Positions 39,781-54,470 of a stretch of 64,000 nucleotides of DNA are shown piece by piece. The notes beneath the pieces were generated by a model, which saw only the letters and a list, made by a program, of their open reading frames with translations, was not told where the DNA came from and ran no database searches. The first letter of the stretch is position 1; the number at the start of each line of letters is the position of its first letter. Both the position numbers and the translations under genes were made by a program. The DNA comes from Cirrosporium novae-zelandiae (taxonomy: Eukaryota), in assembly GCA_026023565.1 (NCBI GenBank), contig JAPETS010000011.1, forward strand, positions 124,001-188,000, given 5' to 3'.

Positions 39781-41330
39781 TTAAATTTTAAATTTAATTG
39801 TAAAAACGAAATCGATTATTATAATATTTTAAAATCGGACTAAATATTAATTATAATCGTTACGATTATAAAATAAATATTATTTTTAAACAAAAAAAAT
39901 ATAATCAAAAAGAATTAAATAATATATATAAATATCTTATTTTATATAATATTTTAAAAAAGGTTATTCGTTGGTTCTATTCAATTAATATAAAAGCGCC
40001 GAATATATATATATAAATTTTATATGAATCGCTGATACAAAAAATACTCGTATATAGATTATAAAGAGAGAAATTATATTAAAAAATATATTCGATTATA
40101 ATATATTATAATTACGAAATAAATAACGGATTTATATTTTAAATAAAATATATCGGAAAAAAATATATTTATATAATCAATAAAATAATAATTTTAGATT
40201 AAATATTTAATATATAATTATTGCTATTAAAAACCAATATATATTATAAATAACCATCCAAAATTACGTAAAACTAAATTTATTATTAATATTTCACAAT
40301 TTTTAATTTTTTAATAGAATTTTATATAAACTCGTAACTAAACACTAAATTTAATTAAAAACCCAGCCAGCCTCTCTACCAAAAATATATAAAATAAAAA
40401 AATAAAATAAAAACGTATTCGTAAAACCTCTAAAAAATATATATAACGGATAACGTCCAAATATAACGTATTTATAAATATTACGTGTATTTAAATATAC
40501 GATCGTTATTTATAAAAAGAATACACGATAAATTAATAAATCGAGAATAGAAAATATTTATTAATTACGAATAAAATATTAAATAATATATATTGAATTC
40601 CATCAAAGAAAAAAGTAAATTAATATATTTTTTTATATTTAAAATATAACGAAAATACGGTATAAAATTTATAAATTTTATAATTATTCCGTAAAATCGA
40701 ATACAATATGTAAAAATTTATTTTATATAAAATCTGAATGAGAAAATCTATATAAAAAATAAAATAAATATAATCTAAAAAGTTTATTTTATAATAAAAC
40801 AATTGATTAATATAAATCGAAATCTATTTTTTAATATATTAAAATAATTATATATTATATATATAAATTGAATTATTAATTATAAAATCCTAATTTAATA
40901 ATAAAATTAAAGAATTTATTATATTTATTTTAAAAATTATAAAATCCGGTTTTAAAATTAATATTAAAGATTTTTCAGATTAACTCTATTTAACCGTTAA
41001 AAATTAAATACGTTCTATTATTTTTAAAAATTCGATTTAATAACATTTGTAAAAATTATATAACCCGAATCTTAATACTATAAAATAATTTGATTATAAT
41101 TCGGAAAATACGATTTCGTTAACAGCCGATGCAGCGCCCGATAATTTATATAATTATCGACCGAATTTAAAAAATACAAATTCGAAAAAACGAACATCAA
41201 AATTTAAGCGAATAAATTATTAAATTTACTTAAAAATATTATTTAAACTAATAAACTCGAAAAAATTGAAATATCGAAATTTTTATCGTAAAAAAAATTA
41301 AATACAATTAATTTTTTTATTAATTTAAAT
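39781..41330 (+). mobile_element. Diverged family-B-like LINE fragment
   Basis: AAAGCGCCG (KAP[G]) pre-RT motif ~39993; 40750-41330 aligns by eye with 37960-38610. Confidence 0.6.
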
Positions 41331-41339
41331 AAAATGGTA

Positions 41340-44300
41340 ATATAACGCTATTTTTCAATAAAAATAAAACGTTTTTTTCGCGTTTAAATATTAATTTTGT
41401 TTTTTTAGACGCTAGAACTAGATTACCGAATTTATTTTATTAATATATCGGATATAATTTTTAGATCTCGAACGGGTATTATTATAGAAAATACGTATAA
41501 AATTAAATCGTAATAATTCGGGTAATCCGACAGCGTTATTAATAGATTAATTAAATTTTTATAAACGACTACGAGCTATTTTTATATTTTATATTCCGCA
41601 ATTTTTTAAAATCGATTGGTTTTTAGTAATTTTAATAAATTATAAAAAAATAATTCTTTATATTTTTTTAACCCGTTCTAATATTTTATAAATTAAATAT
41701 AATTTTGAAACGCGGATTTATTTTTATATATAAAATACGGGAATCCAAACAGTTTTATAACGTTCAAAATTAATTTTAATTAATAATTTATCGGTGATTT
41801 TCGTAATTTAATTATTTTTTATGTTATTTTTATAATTTTCGTATTATTTGTCAATTCATTTATATTTAATAAATACCATAATAATCTAGTTTTTTTATTT
41901 TCGGTATCTAAAAACATTAAATTTTAAATTGTATTAATATTTCGTTATTTATTAATTAATCTTCTAATATTGAAATTAATATATTTAAAAATTGTTGAAT
42001 TTTTTTAGTACTGAAATATAGCGCAATGAAAATAAAAAATTAGATTTATTTTATAATTTTTTTAATTATACGTACAGCTAGTAATAAAACAATTTGCTAT
42101 ATAATGTATTAAATAATTATATAGAATATATTTCGAAACTCTTTATAATTTAGTTTCTTATTAATTTTTCGATAATAAAAATAATATCTATTTTATTCGT
42201 ACTCGATAATATTATTTATTCTGGATATATAAATATTATATTTTTTAGAATAATTCTTAATAAAAACTATTATAATATATTTGAGTTTTAAATCCTAAAA
42301 TCAGCGGAAATCAAAAAAATTTATTTCGACGGGTACGTTAATAATTTTATTTTAATTATATTTTTTTTATAAATCTAGTTTAGCGGGGGATATGAAAAAT
42401 AAATTAATTTTTTTATTTGAATCTAGATTTATATAAAAAATAGAACCGATAAAAACCTAAGAATTAGAAAAAATAAAAAATCTTGAATCTATTCTAAATC
42501 ACCGGTAATTCCGGGTTTTGAATATTAGTAACTTTTATCGGGATTTATATATTTTTACGATTCTAATAATTAATTTTTTTAAATAAAAATAATAAAAACA
42601 ATTATTATTTATTATAAATATTATTAATTATTCCAAGAATTTAAAAATATTAAATAATACAATTTTTTTTGCCGATATTTTATTTTTTTATTTTTAAGCT
42701 ATTATTATTCTATAATTATATTATATATTTTTTCGCGTTTTTATAATAATTTCGTTTAATATTATAATTTTAGATTCTGGTTGTTTTATTCTAAAATAAT
42801 TAAATTTTGGTTTTGTTTTTACGATTTTTTAAATAATATTTTTTAATATTACGATCGTGTTTTGTTAAAAAATATAATATTTATACCGGATATTAATTAT
42901 ACCGGAATAATTAGTATAATACGAAAAAATTATATACAAATTATAATAGAATTAATACGAAAAAATTATATACAAATTATAATAGAATTAATTTAGATTA
43001 AACGAATTAGAATCTAATAATTTAACAAAAAATTCGTAAATCTATATTATTTCTGCTCCTTTTTTTATTCCGAAATAAGTAAAAAAAATTCTTAAATTTT
43101 ATCGTATTAAATTTTTAATTATTATATTTTTTCGAGTTTTTTTATTTATTGGTAATTTTTGTATATTTAATTTATATTTATTTTGGCTAAAATTCTGCTG
43201 GTATTAATTTTCCGTTTCCGTATATTAAATTTATTAATTATATAAAAACTATATCTAATAATATTAATTTAAATATAATTGTTAAATAAAATTAATTAAT
43301 TCATTTTTTAATAAATTTTATAATAGTTTCTTATATTTCTAATATTTATTTAATTCTAGGCTATTTTTTATTAATAATAACTAATACTCTTTTTTTTATT
43401 TCTAATATTAATTCCCGTTTCAGTTATAAATTGTATAATAGCACAATCCCAAATCTATATTAGTAATTTTCTTTTTGGTTTCTTTTTATACGTTATTATT
43501 CCTAATATATTATAGAAAAAAACTAATTAAAATAATTAATTATTCGTCTATTTATTCAAATATTTCCGTTATCTAGTATTATAGCTGATATTTAGTTTTA
43601 GATTTATAATTATTTAAAATATTAATTAAAATTTCAAAAATATTATAATATTTGCCGTTAATAATAATTTTTTCTAAAATCTGATATTGTATATTAATAA
43701 TAAAAATTCTTTATATCTTAATCGTTTAATATATTCGGGCTATTTATTGGTTTTTAATTTTTTTATTAATTTTTAGTTTTTTATTAGTTTTTCGGTCTGG
43801 CCGAAAATCTAATTAACTGAAAAAAAAATAAGTCAGGATTTAATATTATTTTTAATAATAAATTAAATAATAGATTTAAATAAAATATATTTAATAATAA
43901 TCAATTTATAATTTTAAATTAGAATATAAAATCAGATTAGAATAAAATAAAATTATGAAAATTAAAATATTAAAAAAATCAGGAATATTAGAAAAAATAG
44001 AAATTCGTAAATATTATAGATTAGAAATTTTATTATTAAAAACTAAATTATATAAATAAATTTGTTTAAAAACGAATTGTTATTAAATGGATTATTTAAA
44101 AATAAATTTTGTATAATTTATTGACTGGATTATATGTCGAATGTTTTAAAAATTAATTTATATTTGATATCCAATATTCAATATCTAGTATTCAGTATTT
44201 AATAGTATAATATTCTTTTTTTTTTGATGATCGTTCTTGATTTCGAATTCTTTTTTTTTATTATGATGATGATTATTCATTGTTTTATGTCCATATATCG

Positions 44301-45927
44301 CTTAGAAGCTATGACGGACTCTACTCGGGGTTTTTTAGGCCCCTTTGTATCCCCTTTCGGGCTTACTTTTAACTACGGTGGTGGGGGTTACCCCCCTGGT
44401 TCGGTTATATAGTTTCCCCCCCTTTTTTAGATTTCCTAGAATCACCTGATTTATCTAACCGGATAGTCTTTTAGCGCTATTTCGGTGTTCGTAACCTATA
44501 AATAGGCCCACTCGCACCTATTTTCGATTTTTTCCGTTCTTGTTTACGTAAGCGCTCACCCCGCGTTTCTACTACGGGCCTAGCTCTTACCCAATACCTG
44601 CCTCTGGGGCGTCTTCCCCCCCGTGTCCGGGTTCTACCCACCCCCAATCCAGGTACGCCTCACGATTTTCTATTTCGTGTCTGGCCCAGCACTGGGGCTT
44701 CCCCACCTCCGTATCGCCTAAAAAGCGCACCCAATTTTTAGAGAACCTTCGGTCCCCTAATACGAATGCTAGCTTTTCCCTCTCGGCTATACTGGGCCAC
44801 TGGCCCCCCTGTTTTTCCACTGCTCCCCGCAACCGGGCCCTAGCCGCTCTCCAGCGCGGGCATATTAATATTAAATGGGGAACGTCTTGATACGGGGCCC
44901 CGTACCACCAGTATTCCGGGGTAGTAGTGGTCTTCGTGCGGTGCATATACTCCCCGGTGGCGGCGTGCCCCGTCCTTATTTGATGGAGCCTATCCACCAG
45001 CCCCCTAGGCGCGTATTCTAGCACCCGATCTTTTTTGTATCTCGGGTGTATTCGATACGGCCTATCGGGCGATCTTTTTGCCCCCCAGCTGCGCAGCTGG
45101 TTGTACGTTTTTATAACCCGTTCTTCCGTTATATTACGGGCTATATAGGCCAGCGAGGTCTATTCGGCCACCCTGCTATTCCCTAGCGCCGCGCTTTTTT
45201 TTTTTTTTTATTAAACTTTTTTTTAATTTATATTTTTTATTTTTATAGTCCGATTTTATTTGTTTTGATTACGTTTAATTATTATTATTTTTAATTTTTT
45301 AACGGTATTAATTTCTTTTAATTTAGACAAAAATTGTCGGTTTAATGATTTTATCCGCCGGACCGATAAAATCAGTTAGGAATTGGATTCCCCAAGAATT
45401 GTCGTATCGTTCTTATTATAGCGTTTGTACTTTACCGTTCCTTTTTTTTTCTTAGGCAGTATGAATCCTGTCACTTCTTGTATTGGTACCGTCCTCTTCT
45501 TCAAATGATCAGGGGTATGCGGTCGTGAATAAGGAGTAGGTCGTTTTTCTTCTACAAATCGGGTTTTAAGGGGTCTAGTAGTAGCTGGGGAAATTCCTAA
45601 TAATTTCCCGGTTTTTTTTAATACTGATTGGTTTGCGATTTTTGAATAATTTACGTATCGTAATAGACGTTATATTTTCTATAATTTATGATTATATATT
45701 AGCTCACAATTTATTTTTAATTCGGGATATATTTTTCCGTATATTAAAATCTGGATTCTTGATTCCTAAAATATTATTTAGATTATTTTTTGGTTTTTTT
45801 TCGATTATTCAATTCTATCGCTCCGAGATCGCCAAATATGAAAGAATACTAGGGTTAAGTATTTAGATAGAACTATGGGTATAGAATATAAGGGGCTTGG
45901 GGCAGTTATAGGAATGGTATCCTATAC
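41340..45927 (-). mobile_element. LINE family C, RIPed, interrupted by a family-A copy
   Basis: Minus strand reads (Q)LDFRPDRKT (RIPed QxGFRPGRxT RT motif, ~43790-43815), NDH (~44230, SDH-like) and an ORF1-like segment at 45390-45610. Confidence 0.55.
44263..45195 (-). mobile_element. LINE family A, 5'-truncated, lightly RIPed
   Basis: GC-rich. ORF 44587-45024 encodes the ORF2 C-terminus RLHQIRTGH..EYWWYG..DVPHLILICPRW (zinc knuckle); (ATG)n tail; T-run+ATTA flanks on both sides may be a TSD. Confidence 0.92.
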
Positions 45928-45999
45928 AAAATCTAGAGAAATAAATAAATAAATCAACCAAATAAAATAAAATAATTAAAAAAATAAAAGAATCTATTG

Positions 46000-47485
46000 T
46001 TTTTCTATATTTATCAGGGCGTATAATTATTTATATAGATAGGTAGTTATATTTTATGTTTAGGACTAGTACGTAAATAGATAAGAAACTAACTCCGAGG
46101 TTCCGGTGTGTTGTCCCTTGTTTTCGTTTACCTAGAGTTTTCTGATCAAAGGTTTGCCCTTATTCGGTGCTCTAGGCAGCCAAAAACTGGTAATTCTTTC
46201 ATAATATAAGAAACTTTTTTTTTGGATTTATATAATATTTGATTTTTGAATTAGCCTATTTCAAATTTTCCCAACCTTATTTCAAAACCAAAAATCCAGG
46301 AAAATCAAAATAATTGTCGAATAAATATTAAAATTTAGTTCCCGCAATTATTAGTTTAATATTAAATTATTCGACTTTTATTGCCTTAATTTGATTTCGG
46401 GACGAAACTGGACAATTAAAAATCAAAATTTCAAAAATAAATCTATCTAATCCTAAAAATAGGGCTAGAAAAATTTAAAAAAAAGATTTTTGATAAATTA
46501 ATATATTAGGATTTTACGGAAACCATATAATATAAAAGATTATATGCTAAAAAGAATAATTCCCAAAAAGAACTATTTCAATTAAAAAAAATACCCACTA
46601 AATAAATAATTCAAAATTATTGAATTGCCAACCTAATTCTGCCTATGATGATGATGATTATTCATTGTTTTATGTCTATATATCGCTTAGAAGCTATAAC
46701 GGACTCTATTCGGGGGTTTTTAGGCCCCTTTATACCCCCTTTCGGGCTTACTTTTAACTAAAGTGGTGGGGGTTACCCCCCTGGTTCGGCTATATAGCTT
46801 CCCCCCTTTTTTGGGTTTCCTAGAATTACCTGATTTATCTAACCGGATAGTTTTTTAGCGTTATTTCGGTGTTCGTAATCTATAAATAGGCCCACTCGCA
46901 CCTATTTTCGATTTTTTCAGTCTTTGCTCACGTATACGCTTACCCCGCGTTTCTATTACGGGCCTAATTTTTACCTAATACCTGCCTCTAGGTCGTTTTC
47001 CCCCCCGTGTCCGGGTTCTACCCACCCCCAATCCAGATACATCTCACGATTTTCTATTTCGTGTCTGGCCCAGCACTGGGGCTTCCCCACCTCCGTATCG
47101 CCTAAAAAGCGCACCTAATCCTTAGAGAATCTTCGGTCCCCTAATACGAATGCTAGCTTTTCCCTGTCGGCTATACTGGGCCATTGGCCCCCCTACTTTT
47201 CCACTGCTCCCCGCAAGCGGGCCCTAGCTGCTCTCCAGCGCGGGCATATTAATATCAAATAGGGTATATCTTGATATGGGGCCCCGCACCACCAGCATTC
47301 CGGGGTATAATTCTGCCTAAATTCCAAATTATAGAAATAAAGAACCTAATTCGCAACCAAATTTTTATATTATATAAAAAAAACTTTATTTTATATAAAT
47401 AAAACTACAAATATTGTAAAAAACCATTAAAAAATCGAAAATTATATAAAAATTCTAGATTGTTTATAAAAATAGGAAAATTGGG
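46000..47485 (+). mobile_element. LINE family B second copy, 5' part (continues at 53474-54470 and ~59915-60228)
   Basis: CAGGAAAATCAAAATAATT..TTAGTTCCCG matches ~34370-34420; resumes collinearly after each family-A insertion. Confidence 0.75.
46646..47307 (-). mobile_element. LINE family A, 5'-truncated insertion with 12-bp TSD
   Basis: TAATTCTGCCTA at 46634-46645 and 47308-47319; (TGA)n tail; intact PECWWCGA. Confidence 0.93.
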
Positions 47486-47531
47486 GGCTAAAATTAATTT
47501 ATTCGAAGCCAGAGTTCGGAGCGTTGTATTA

Positions 47532-50500
47532 TTGGTGACCCCGCGCCACCAAATCAATTCACTATTGTGACGACCATCATACGAAGCAGTTAACGTTTAT
47601 TTAAGGCCTATAGAGTCTAGCAACAATAAAGAAATATTAGGGGCTAAAAAAATACGTACCGTTAGCGAGAACCAAACGGATATAAAAAAACGATAGCGCC
47701 TAAAAAACGAATCGAACGAACCGGAATAAAATTTAATAATAAAATCTAGCGATTTAGTACTACGATCCCTATTCCAAAAAAAAAACGATCAGATAAAAAA
47801 ATATCGTCGAAAAATTTTACGAAAAAAAAAAAACCTTAAAAAAAAATAGATTAATAATTAGAATATTTTAATCGAATAAACGATTAAATATATAATAATA
47901 CGTATATTTCCCGTAATCGGGGAAAAAATATACCAGATTCTGAAAACCGACGATTTTACGGTATAATTACGGGAGATATTTTTCGGTTTAGAAACCCGAA
48001 TAATCGTTTTAAAAAAACGAAATAATAAAATTATAAAAATTTAAAAAAAAAATTAAAAAAAATTATATATAATTAAATAAAAATTTTTAATAATTAAAAA
48101 AATAATTATAATAATAATTTAAATATTATAAATCCGGATAAAAACCGCAAAAACTATATATAACGGGGCGGAAAATTCTATAAATAAAAATTATATAATC
48201 CCGATAATTAAACCCGAACGAATAATAAAAAAAAAAAAAATAATATTTTCTTTAATAATATCCCGAACGGATATAATAATTGGATCGTAGGTATTTAGTA
48301 CGCGGATAATAATATAGGCGGATATAGAAATCCAGAAAAGCCCCTAATAAACGGCAAAAATAATTAAATAAAAAACTCTACCGCTAGCACCGAAAACCCC
48401 GAAATAGGTTTTTATAAAAATAACGCCGGAATTTACGGGGTTTATTTATACTAAAATAGGTAATAAAATAATAGACAAATCTAATAAAAAATAGCAAATA
48501 ATTAAATTCTATAAAAAAAACGCACTAATTCTATAAATAAGGATATAAAAATTAAAAATTAAAAAATATTAATTTTTAATAAAAAAAAAATTAAATATTC
48601 GGGTTCTACGATATTAGTAATAACGGCGATTAATATTAAATTAATTAAATTAAATATACCGCCTAAATTACAAATACGGGAAATCTATATTAATAAAAAA
48701 AATAATTTAAAAATTACGTTCGATAAAAAAATTAATATAAATATATTAATATTTAAATATAAATAAAAGATTTTAAAAATTATAACCAAAATAAATAATG
48801 TAATAATAAATATATATTTATTAAAAATTTTATATTAAATAAAAATATGAAAAATATTTTTAAAAATATTTAATAATTTAAATAAATTAAATTTAATAAA
48901 AAAAAATCTAAAAAATATTTATTAATTATTCCGAAATATAATAATCGTATAAATAATATTAAAAAAATACCGGTAAAAACGGGTACGAACCGGGTTTATA
49001 TTAAAGAAATATATTATTTCGATTAAAATAAAACTCCCGTTTATAATATACGAAAAATAAAAAATCGAAAATTATTATTTAATAAAATATAAATTTCGAT
49101 ATATCCGATAATTTATATTAGAAATAAATAAAACGTATCTAAAATACGTTTAATTAAAGCATAAATTATTCCTAGAATATAGGGATAAAGCCCTTAGGTA
49201 TATTATATACGCGGAAATATATAAAATATAAAATCACTAATATCGGATAATAGGATATAAACCCGTATATACGGGGGTTTATATATATATTTTATTAAAA
49301 TATATAAATTATTTAAACCCCTATATAGCCACAGACGGAAAATATTTAATTACCCGAAAAAGAGAAATAGAATATACGAGAAAAAAACGCCGAAAAAACG
49401 TTATATAATCGTTTTATATATTTATTTTTTTAAAAAAAAAATAAATCTATAAAATTTTAATTAAAAATTAAAAGCCCCCGAACCAGAAATTTAAAAAAAA
49501 ATAAAGAAAAAAACGTAAATAATATCCGAAATATCGATAATACCGAAAATATTAATAATATCCGTATTATAAATAAATAACGATATATCCGAATTATAAA
49601 TAAAAATATTATAATATAATTATTATAAAAAATATAATATAATAATTATAATTTTAAAATCGATTATATAAATTAGAACGGATATAATATTATTATAAAA
49701 ATTTAATTAAAAATTAAAAAAAAAAATATTATATTTAATATAAAATTTTTATTAACCCGAATTAAAAATATAAATAAAAAATAAAATCGTAAAAACGGTT
49801 ATTATTATACGTAAAAATCGAAAAAATATCATATTTAAAATAATTATAAAAACCGATTTAATTAATTATTTTTATTTCGTAGCGTTAGATATTAATAAAA
49901 TAAACGTAAATAAAAAAATAAAAAATTTAATTAAAATAATTAACCTTTATAATTAAAAATTAAAAAATATTTATTTTTAAAAATAAAACCGATAATAAAA
50001 ATCTAAAAAATTTTTATAAAATATAGAATAAAAATTTATTTTTAATAAAAATAAAATAATATTAATAAAAGATTTTAATATTTATAATTTAATATAAAAA
50101 CCCGAATAAATTATTTATATAAACGACGCGTTTTTAATAATATTTATAAAAAAATAAGATTTAATTATATAAAACGATACCGTTTAAAATATTTGATTCG
50201 GAAAAAAATCGATTCGTTATTTAATAATTAATTTAATAATAATTAATTCTGTTATAAAATTATTTCAGAAATAATTAATAAATATAATAATCGATAATAT
50301 AAATAATAAATTAAAAATTAATTTAAATTACGTTTTTATTTAATTCGAATAAAAAAATTAACGCCCAAAAATAAATTAATTAATCCTAAATTTATAAAAT
50401 CTAAAACCGCTGGAAAACCTTTAATAATAAATTAAAATTAAACAAAAATAAAAATTTTAATTAATTCCGAAAAATATATTAGCCGTAAATTATACGGAAT

Positions 50501-53473
50501 CGTAATTAAAAAATAAAATATAAAAAATTATTATCTAATTAAAAATTATTATAAATAAATATATAAAATTTAAATAAATATACATTTGATCGAAAATTTA
50601 ATAGAACCCCGAATATATTATTAAAAAATACGAATATTACGTAATTTTTAAAAAACGAAATAAAAACGCCGAATCTATAAAAAAATTAAAACGATATTTA
50701 AAAAATTTATAAAATTAATTAAAATTAAAAAACAAAATAAATAAATCGATTTTTTTTTAATATATATAAAAAAAACGATTTAAATAAATTTTTAAATCCC
50801 GAAAATATTTAATAAAAATAGAAAATATTAAAATATTATAAATTTTAAAACCGAAACCTGATATCAGCGTTCCGTATAAAAAATAGGAAAATAACGATAG
50901 AAATTAAAAATAAAAAATTTTTTATTATTTTTAAAAAATCCTAAATTTTAATTTTCGATAAAAAAAATATTCGTCTAATAATTATCCGAAAAAATAATAT
51001 AAAAAATATTATACGTATAAAATACGAATAAAATTTTAAAATATAATAAAATTTAATTTAGAATATTCCGTATATTATAATAATAAAATTTTTATAAAAT
51101 AACGGAAATAATCCGATATTATTTCCGATTAAAATATTATTTAACGTAATAAAAATACATTTAAAAAATATTATTATTTAAATTTAAAATAATCGATAAA
51201 ATATTAATTAAAAATTATAAAATAATAACTTTATTATATTATTTAAATAAAATAATCGAAAAAATTATAATTAATACGTTAACGAATATATACGAAAATC
51301 TAAATAAATTATATAAAAATTAATTTAAATCGAAACGTAATTAAAATATAATCGATATATTTACGTATTTAATATATTAAATAAAAAAAAAATTTTATCG
51401 AAAATAAATAATTTATATTTTATTTATAAATATTAAAAAAACGTTTAATTATATATTATAATCGAAATTAATATAATATTTAAAATAATTAAAAATCGAT
51501 AAAAATATTATTAAATAAATAATTAGTTTTATAATTTAATAAAACGTCGAATTAATAATCGACGGAGAAATATAATCCCGAATTAATATAGAAACGGGGG
51601 TACCGTAAAAATCATCCGTATCTCTAATATTATTTTTAATATATTGTAGCGGGCTATTCGCAGCCGTAAAATAGGCGGTTTTTGGGGTTAAAACCCTATT
51701 ATTCGTGGACGACGTGAATTTTTCGATCACTTATATAAATAATAAATAAGCCCGGAAAATTATTTAATAAATAATAAAAACGGCGGTCCAATAAAAAAAA
51801 AAAAATAAATTAAAATTTAACGTTTAAAAAACTGAAATTATAATTTTTTTTAAATTACGTAAATACTAAATTTAAATAAATATTAAATCGAAAATTAGAA
51901 TCGATAATTATTTAATCGAATATAAAAAAAATTATATATAATAATTAAATATATAATTAAATCCGAAATTTAATTTTTAGATTTATTATATTTAACGATT
52001 AATTAAAATCCGATATACGGAAAACGCAATTAAATATATATATTACCGAAATAAATTATTTATAAAATTTATATATTAAATAATTATAATAATTATAATA
52101 TTAATTTATATATATAAAAATAAGATTTAATAAAAAAAATAAACCGGTTATTAAATAGAATTTCAAAAATTATTGAATAAATTTATTAAATTAATAATAA
52201 AAATTTATAAAATAATTTTAATAATAACGATTATATAAAAAATTTATATATATTTTATAAACGTAATATTAAATATAATATAAACAATTTTATAAATAAT
52301 AATTAAAATATATTTAAATAATTATAAAATTCTTAGAACAAAAATAATAATATTATTTGATTCGCAAACGGCTATCAGGCGGATCGAAAAAAAAAATTAA
52401 AAAAAAACTAAATAATCCTATAAAAAATATACGAATATACTAAATATTTAATCGATTAAAAAACGAAAATCGTTATTAAATAAATTTTAAAATATTATAA
52501 AATATTAAAAAACGAAATAATAAATTAAACGGCTAAAATAAATACGGTATTAAAAAATAATAGAACGGCCGAATAAATTTTATTAATTTATATAACCCGT
52601 AATATAACGGAAAAACGGATTATAAAAACGTATAATTAATTATATAATTAAAAAATAAAAAAATCGTCCGATAAATTTTATCGAATATATCCGAAATATA
52701 AAAAAAATCGGGTATTAGAATATATATTTAAAAAACTGATAAATAGATTTTATTAAATAAAAACGGGATACGCCGTCACCGAAAAATATATATATCGTAC
52801 GAAAATTATTATTACCCCGGAATACTGGTGATACGGGATTTTATATTAAAATATATTTTATTTGATATTAATATACCCGCGCTGGAGGGCGGCTAAAGCC
52901 CGTTTACGGGGGGCAGTAGAAAAACGGGGGGGTCAATAGCCTAATATAGCCGAAAAAAAAAAGCTGGTATTCGTATTAAAGAACCGAAGATTCTCTAAAA
53001 ATTGGATACGTTTTTTAGGCGATACGGAAATAAAAAAACCTTAATATTGGGCCAGATACGAAATAGAAAATCGTGGGACGTACCTGGATTAGGGGTGGAT
53101 AGAACCCGGACACGGGGGGGAAAACGACCCAGAAATAGATATTAAGTAAAAATTGGGCCCGTAATAAAAACGCGGGATAAACGTATACGTAAACAAAGAC
53201 TGAAAAAATCGAAAATAAATACGAGTGGGCCTATTTATAGATTACGAATACCGAAATAGCGCTAAAAAACTATCCGGTTAAATAAATTAAATGATTCTAG
53301 GAAACCCAAAACAAAGGGGGAAATTATATAACCGAATTAAAAGGGTAACCCCTACCACCGTAATTAAAAATAAGCCCGAAAAAGGATATAAAAAGGCCTA
53401 AAAATCCCCGAATAGAGTCCGTTATAGTTTTTAAGCGATATATGGATATAAAACAATGAATAATCATCATCAT
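47532..53473 (+). mobile_element. LINE family A (Tad-like: gag-EN-RT-RNaseH-CCHC), most complete copy, ~5.9 kb
   Basis: 5' TTGGTGACCCC; RT ETGVP (~51592) and FVDD (51702-51713); RNase H DSQTAIRRI (~52359); (CAT)n tail ending at 53473; TSD ATAGGAAAATT(G/A)GG at 47472 and 53472. Confidence 0.92.
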
Positions 53474-54470
53474 AGGAAAATTAGGAAAACGAAATATTTA
53501 TTTTAGAAAATCAAAAAAGTCAATTTGATTAAATTTAAAAATTAATAATAAAAATTAATAATACTTTAATTAATTTAAAACAAAATTAAAATTAAAATAA
53601 AAATTTTATCGAAATAACTAAAGAATTTCTTTAAAATCAAAAAATCCTGAAAACCCGACCTATTTCAATAAATAAAAAAAATCAGGAAAAAATTAATAAA
53701 ATTACTATCCGTAATTAATAATTAATTCTATAAATCCGAAATAATTGACCGTTTTAAAAATTCGATTAATTAATTAATTTAATTACAAACTAAAAAAAAA
53801 TTCGGGCCGAAATAAATTAAATATTTTCGAAAAATCTAAATACGGTAATCTCAATTTTAGTTATAATAAAAATTTCTATTATTTAAAAAAATTGATTTTG
53901 ATTAAAAAATTCGAATATATAACCTCAATATTTCTATTCCAAAAATAAAAATAAAAAATAATTTAAATTAATAATATATTATATTTTAATTAATTGCACC
54001 GATTTAAAAAAAATAAATTCATCGGTAATTTTAACGTTTAAAAATGAAAAAAAATAGAAATTTTATTTTACGTTATTAATTATTTATTAAGGCCGAATCC
54101 ATAAAAACTAGTTTTTTTTTACGAAATTTCTGGAAGTTACCAATACAAAAATTGTCTAAGTTTTGAATATTCGGAAAGAATTTATAGAAATAAATTTAAT
54201 TGCGGGATTTATGTAAAAAATGATTTTATACAATTTTATATATATGAATTTTGTAATTACAAAACCCCAAAATACGAATATTTAAAATTAAAATATTTAA
54301 ATTACAAAATACCGAAAATTACGGCGTATCCGACCGAAAATACTCCAAATTCAATAATATTTTGAAGTTATATTTGCCGCGGAAACCCATATAAAACGTA
54401 TCCGAAACCGTTATTAAAAATTAAACAAAAAGTCGAATATAAATAAATTATAATAATTATTATAATATAT

